A stretch of DNA of 56,042 nt from an uncultured Pseudomonadales bacterium (GTDB lineage Bacteria > Patescibacteriota > Microgenomatia > UBA1400 > UBA12108). Made by a program: the position numbers and the translations under genes. Where the stretch lies: positions 1-56,042 of the forward strand of contig CAYFZD010000003.1 of the NCBI GenBank assembly GCA_964347565.1, given 5' to 3'. The first letter of the stretch is position 1. Each line of letters starts with the position of its first letter. Shown one piece after another: positions 55,340-56,042 of this stretch. Under the pieces are notes generated by a model. It had not been told where the DNA came from. It ran no database searches and saw only the letters and a list, made by a program, of their open reading frames with translations.

Positions 55340-55881
55340 AGATCTTCTTCGCTCGCCACGGACAATATCAGAATCCTGACAATGTTGTACCATACCGCCT
55401 GCCGGGATTCCCCTTGTCAGCGATTGGCAAACAACATGCCCTGATACAAGCCGAGAAATTAGCTAGTGAAAAAATCCGCGCGATCTACACTAGTCCGATC
55501 GAGCGCTGCGTCCAAACCGCCACAATTATTGGGCAGGAGTTACACCTCTTTCCCAATCAGAAAGATGAGATCATGGAGGCTCGCACCCCGCTCCAGGGGA
55601 TCAAGGCAGAAGATCTCCCGAGCGATATCTACACAACCAAGGAGCACATAGACGGCGGGGGCGAGACTCGCGAAGAGATTTTTACTAGGATGAACGACTT
55701 TGTTAATACACTCAAGCAAACCAGTCAGAACTCCAATTATTTGCTCGTCTCCCATGCTGACCCAATCATCATTTTCTTAGCTCACGTTCTCAAGCAACCT
55801 GTGCGCGTGATCCCCATGGGTGGCCTAGTCCTGCTCGATTATAGCCAAAAGGGGATACCCAAATACTCAGAGATCATTTAG
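55336..55881 (+). CDS. histidine phosphatase (phosphoglycerate-mutase-like) family protein
   Basis: IFFARHGQ RHG motif; LLVSHADP. Confidence 0.8.
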   Translation: MKIFFARHGQYQNPDNVVPYRLPGFPLSAIGKQHALIQAEKLASEKIRAIYTSPIERCVQTATIIGQELHLFPNQKDEIMEARTPLQGIKAEDLPSDIYTTKEHIDGGGETREEIFTRMNDFVNTLKQTSQNSNYLLVSHADPIIIFLAHVLKQPVRVIPMGGLVLLDYSQKGIPKYSEII

Positions 55882-56042
55882 CTTATTTTACCTTGGGTAG
55901 GTAGTAAGCCAGATTCTGTTTCTCGATGATCATTTCTCTAAGCCCGCAAACTTCGGATCTCGCGTGTGCGTGCGTCTTTATCGATCCATTCGTCGGTTGC
56001 AGCAGGGAGGATTGCCCGTTTCACCCGAACTAAATCGGTTCG

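Noticed and set aside
1-56042. Scan for tRNA, rRNA, tmRNA, CRISPR arrays, transposases or integrases, and UGA recoding
   Set aside because: The largest intergenic gaps are about 100-150 nt, and none shows a cloverleaf-like acceptor and T-arm pattern. No regularly spaced repeats were seen. No DDE or tyrosine-recombinase motifs were seen. Conserved genes are full length with TGA used as a stop.
55938-56042. Possible 3-prime end of a minus-strand gene running off the window (…DEWIDKDARTREIRSLRA, then a stop)
   Set aside because: Only 34 codons are visible and no motif is recognisable, so it cannot be supported as a feature.

Overview
This window is almost entirely core information-processing genes from a small-genome bacterium using the standard genetic code (complete ORFs end in TGA, so there is no UGA recoding). 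The genes are tightly packed, and many start/stop codons overlap as ATGA. A contiguous block of about 29 kb runs rpoB-rpoC, rpsL-rpsG, fusA-tuf, the S10, spc and alpha ribosomal clusters, then rplM-rpsI. recA-recX, rny and hup follow, then two ABC-2 transporter modules, miaA, uppP and secDF.

The context looks like Candidate Phyla Radiation (Patescibacteria), but I cannot confirm that without a search. The pointers are:
- no rpmD (L30) between rpsE and rplO
- a 595-aa AlaRS
- a sortase
- DUF4446 and DUF3048 proteins
- a large TM-anchored protein that I recall being annotated as baseplate-J-like

I found no rRNA, tRNA, CRISPR array, transposase or integrase.

The accessory content is small and sits at normally invariant junctions:
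- A 2-kb, three-gene antisense island splits the str operon. It carries a tRNA-guanine-transglycosylase homologue with a non-canonical base pocket, a repeat-built small membrane protein and a Cys-rich orphan.
- An AT-rich orphan gene lies between secY and adk.
- An NYN-domain gene lies between rpsI and recA.
- A zinc-ribbon mini-gene flanked by 22-bp direct repeats overlaps the mltG start.

A recurrent promoter layout, a -10 box 6-7 nt from the ATG with no Shine-Dalgarno, suggests that many operon-first genes are leaderless.

Nothing here is demonstrably a new system. The best candidates are the str-operon TGT island and the translationally coupled pair of the membrane protein and the sortase. 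All functional calls rest on motif recognition by eye.
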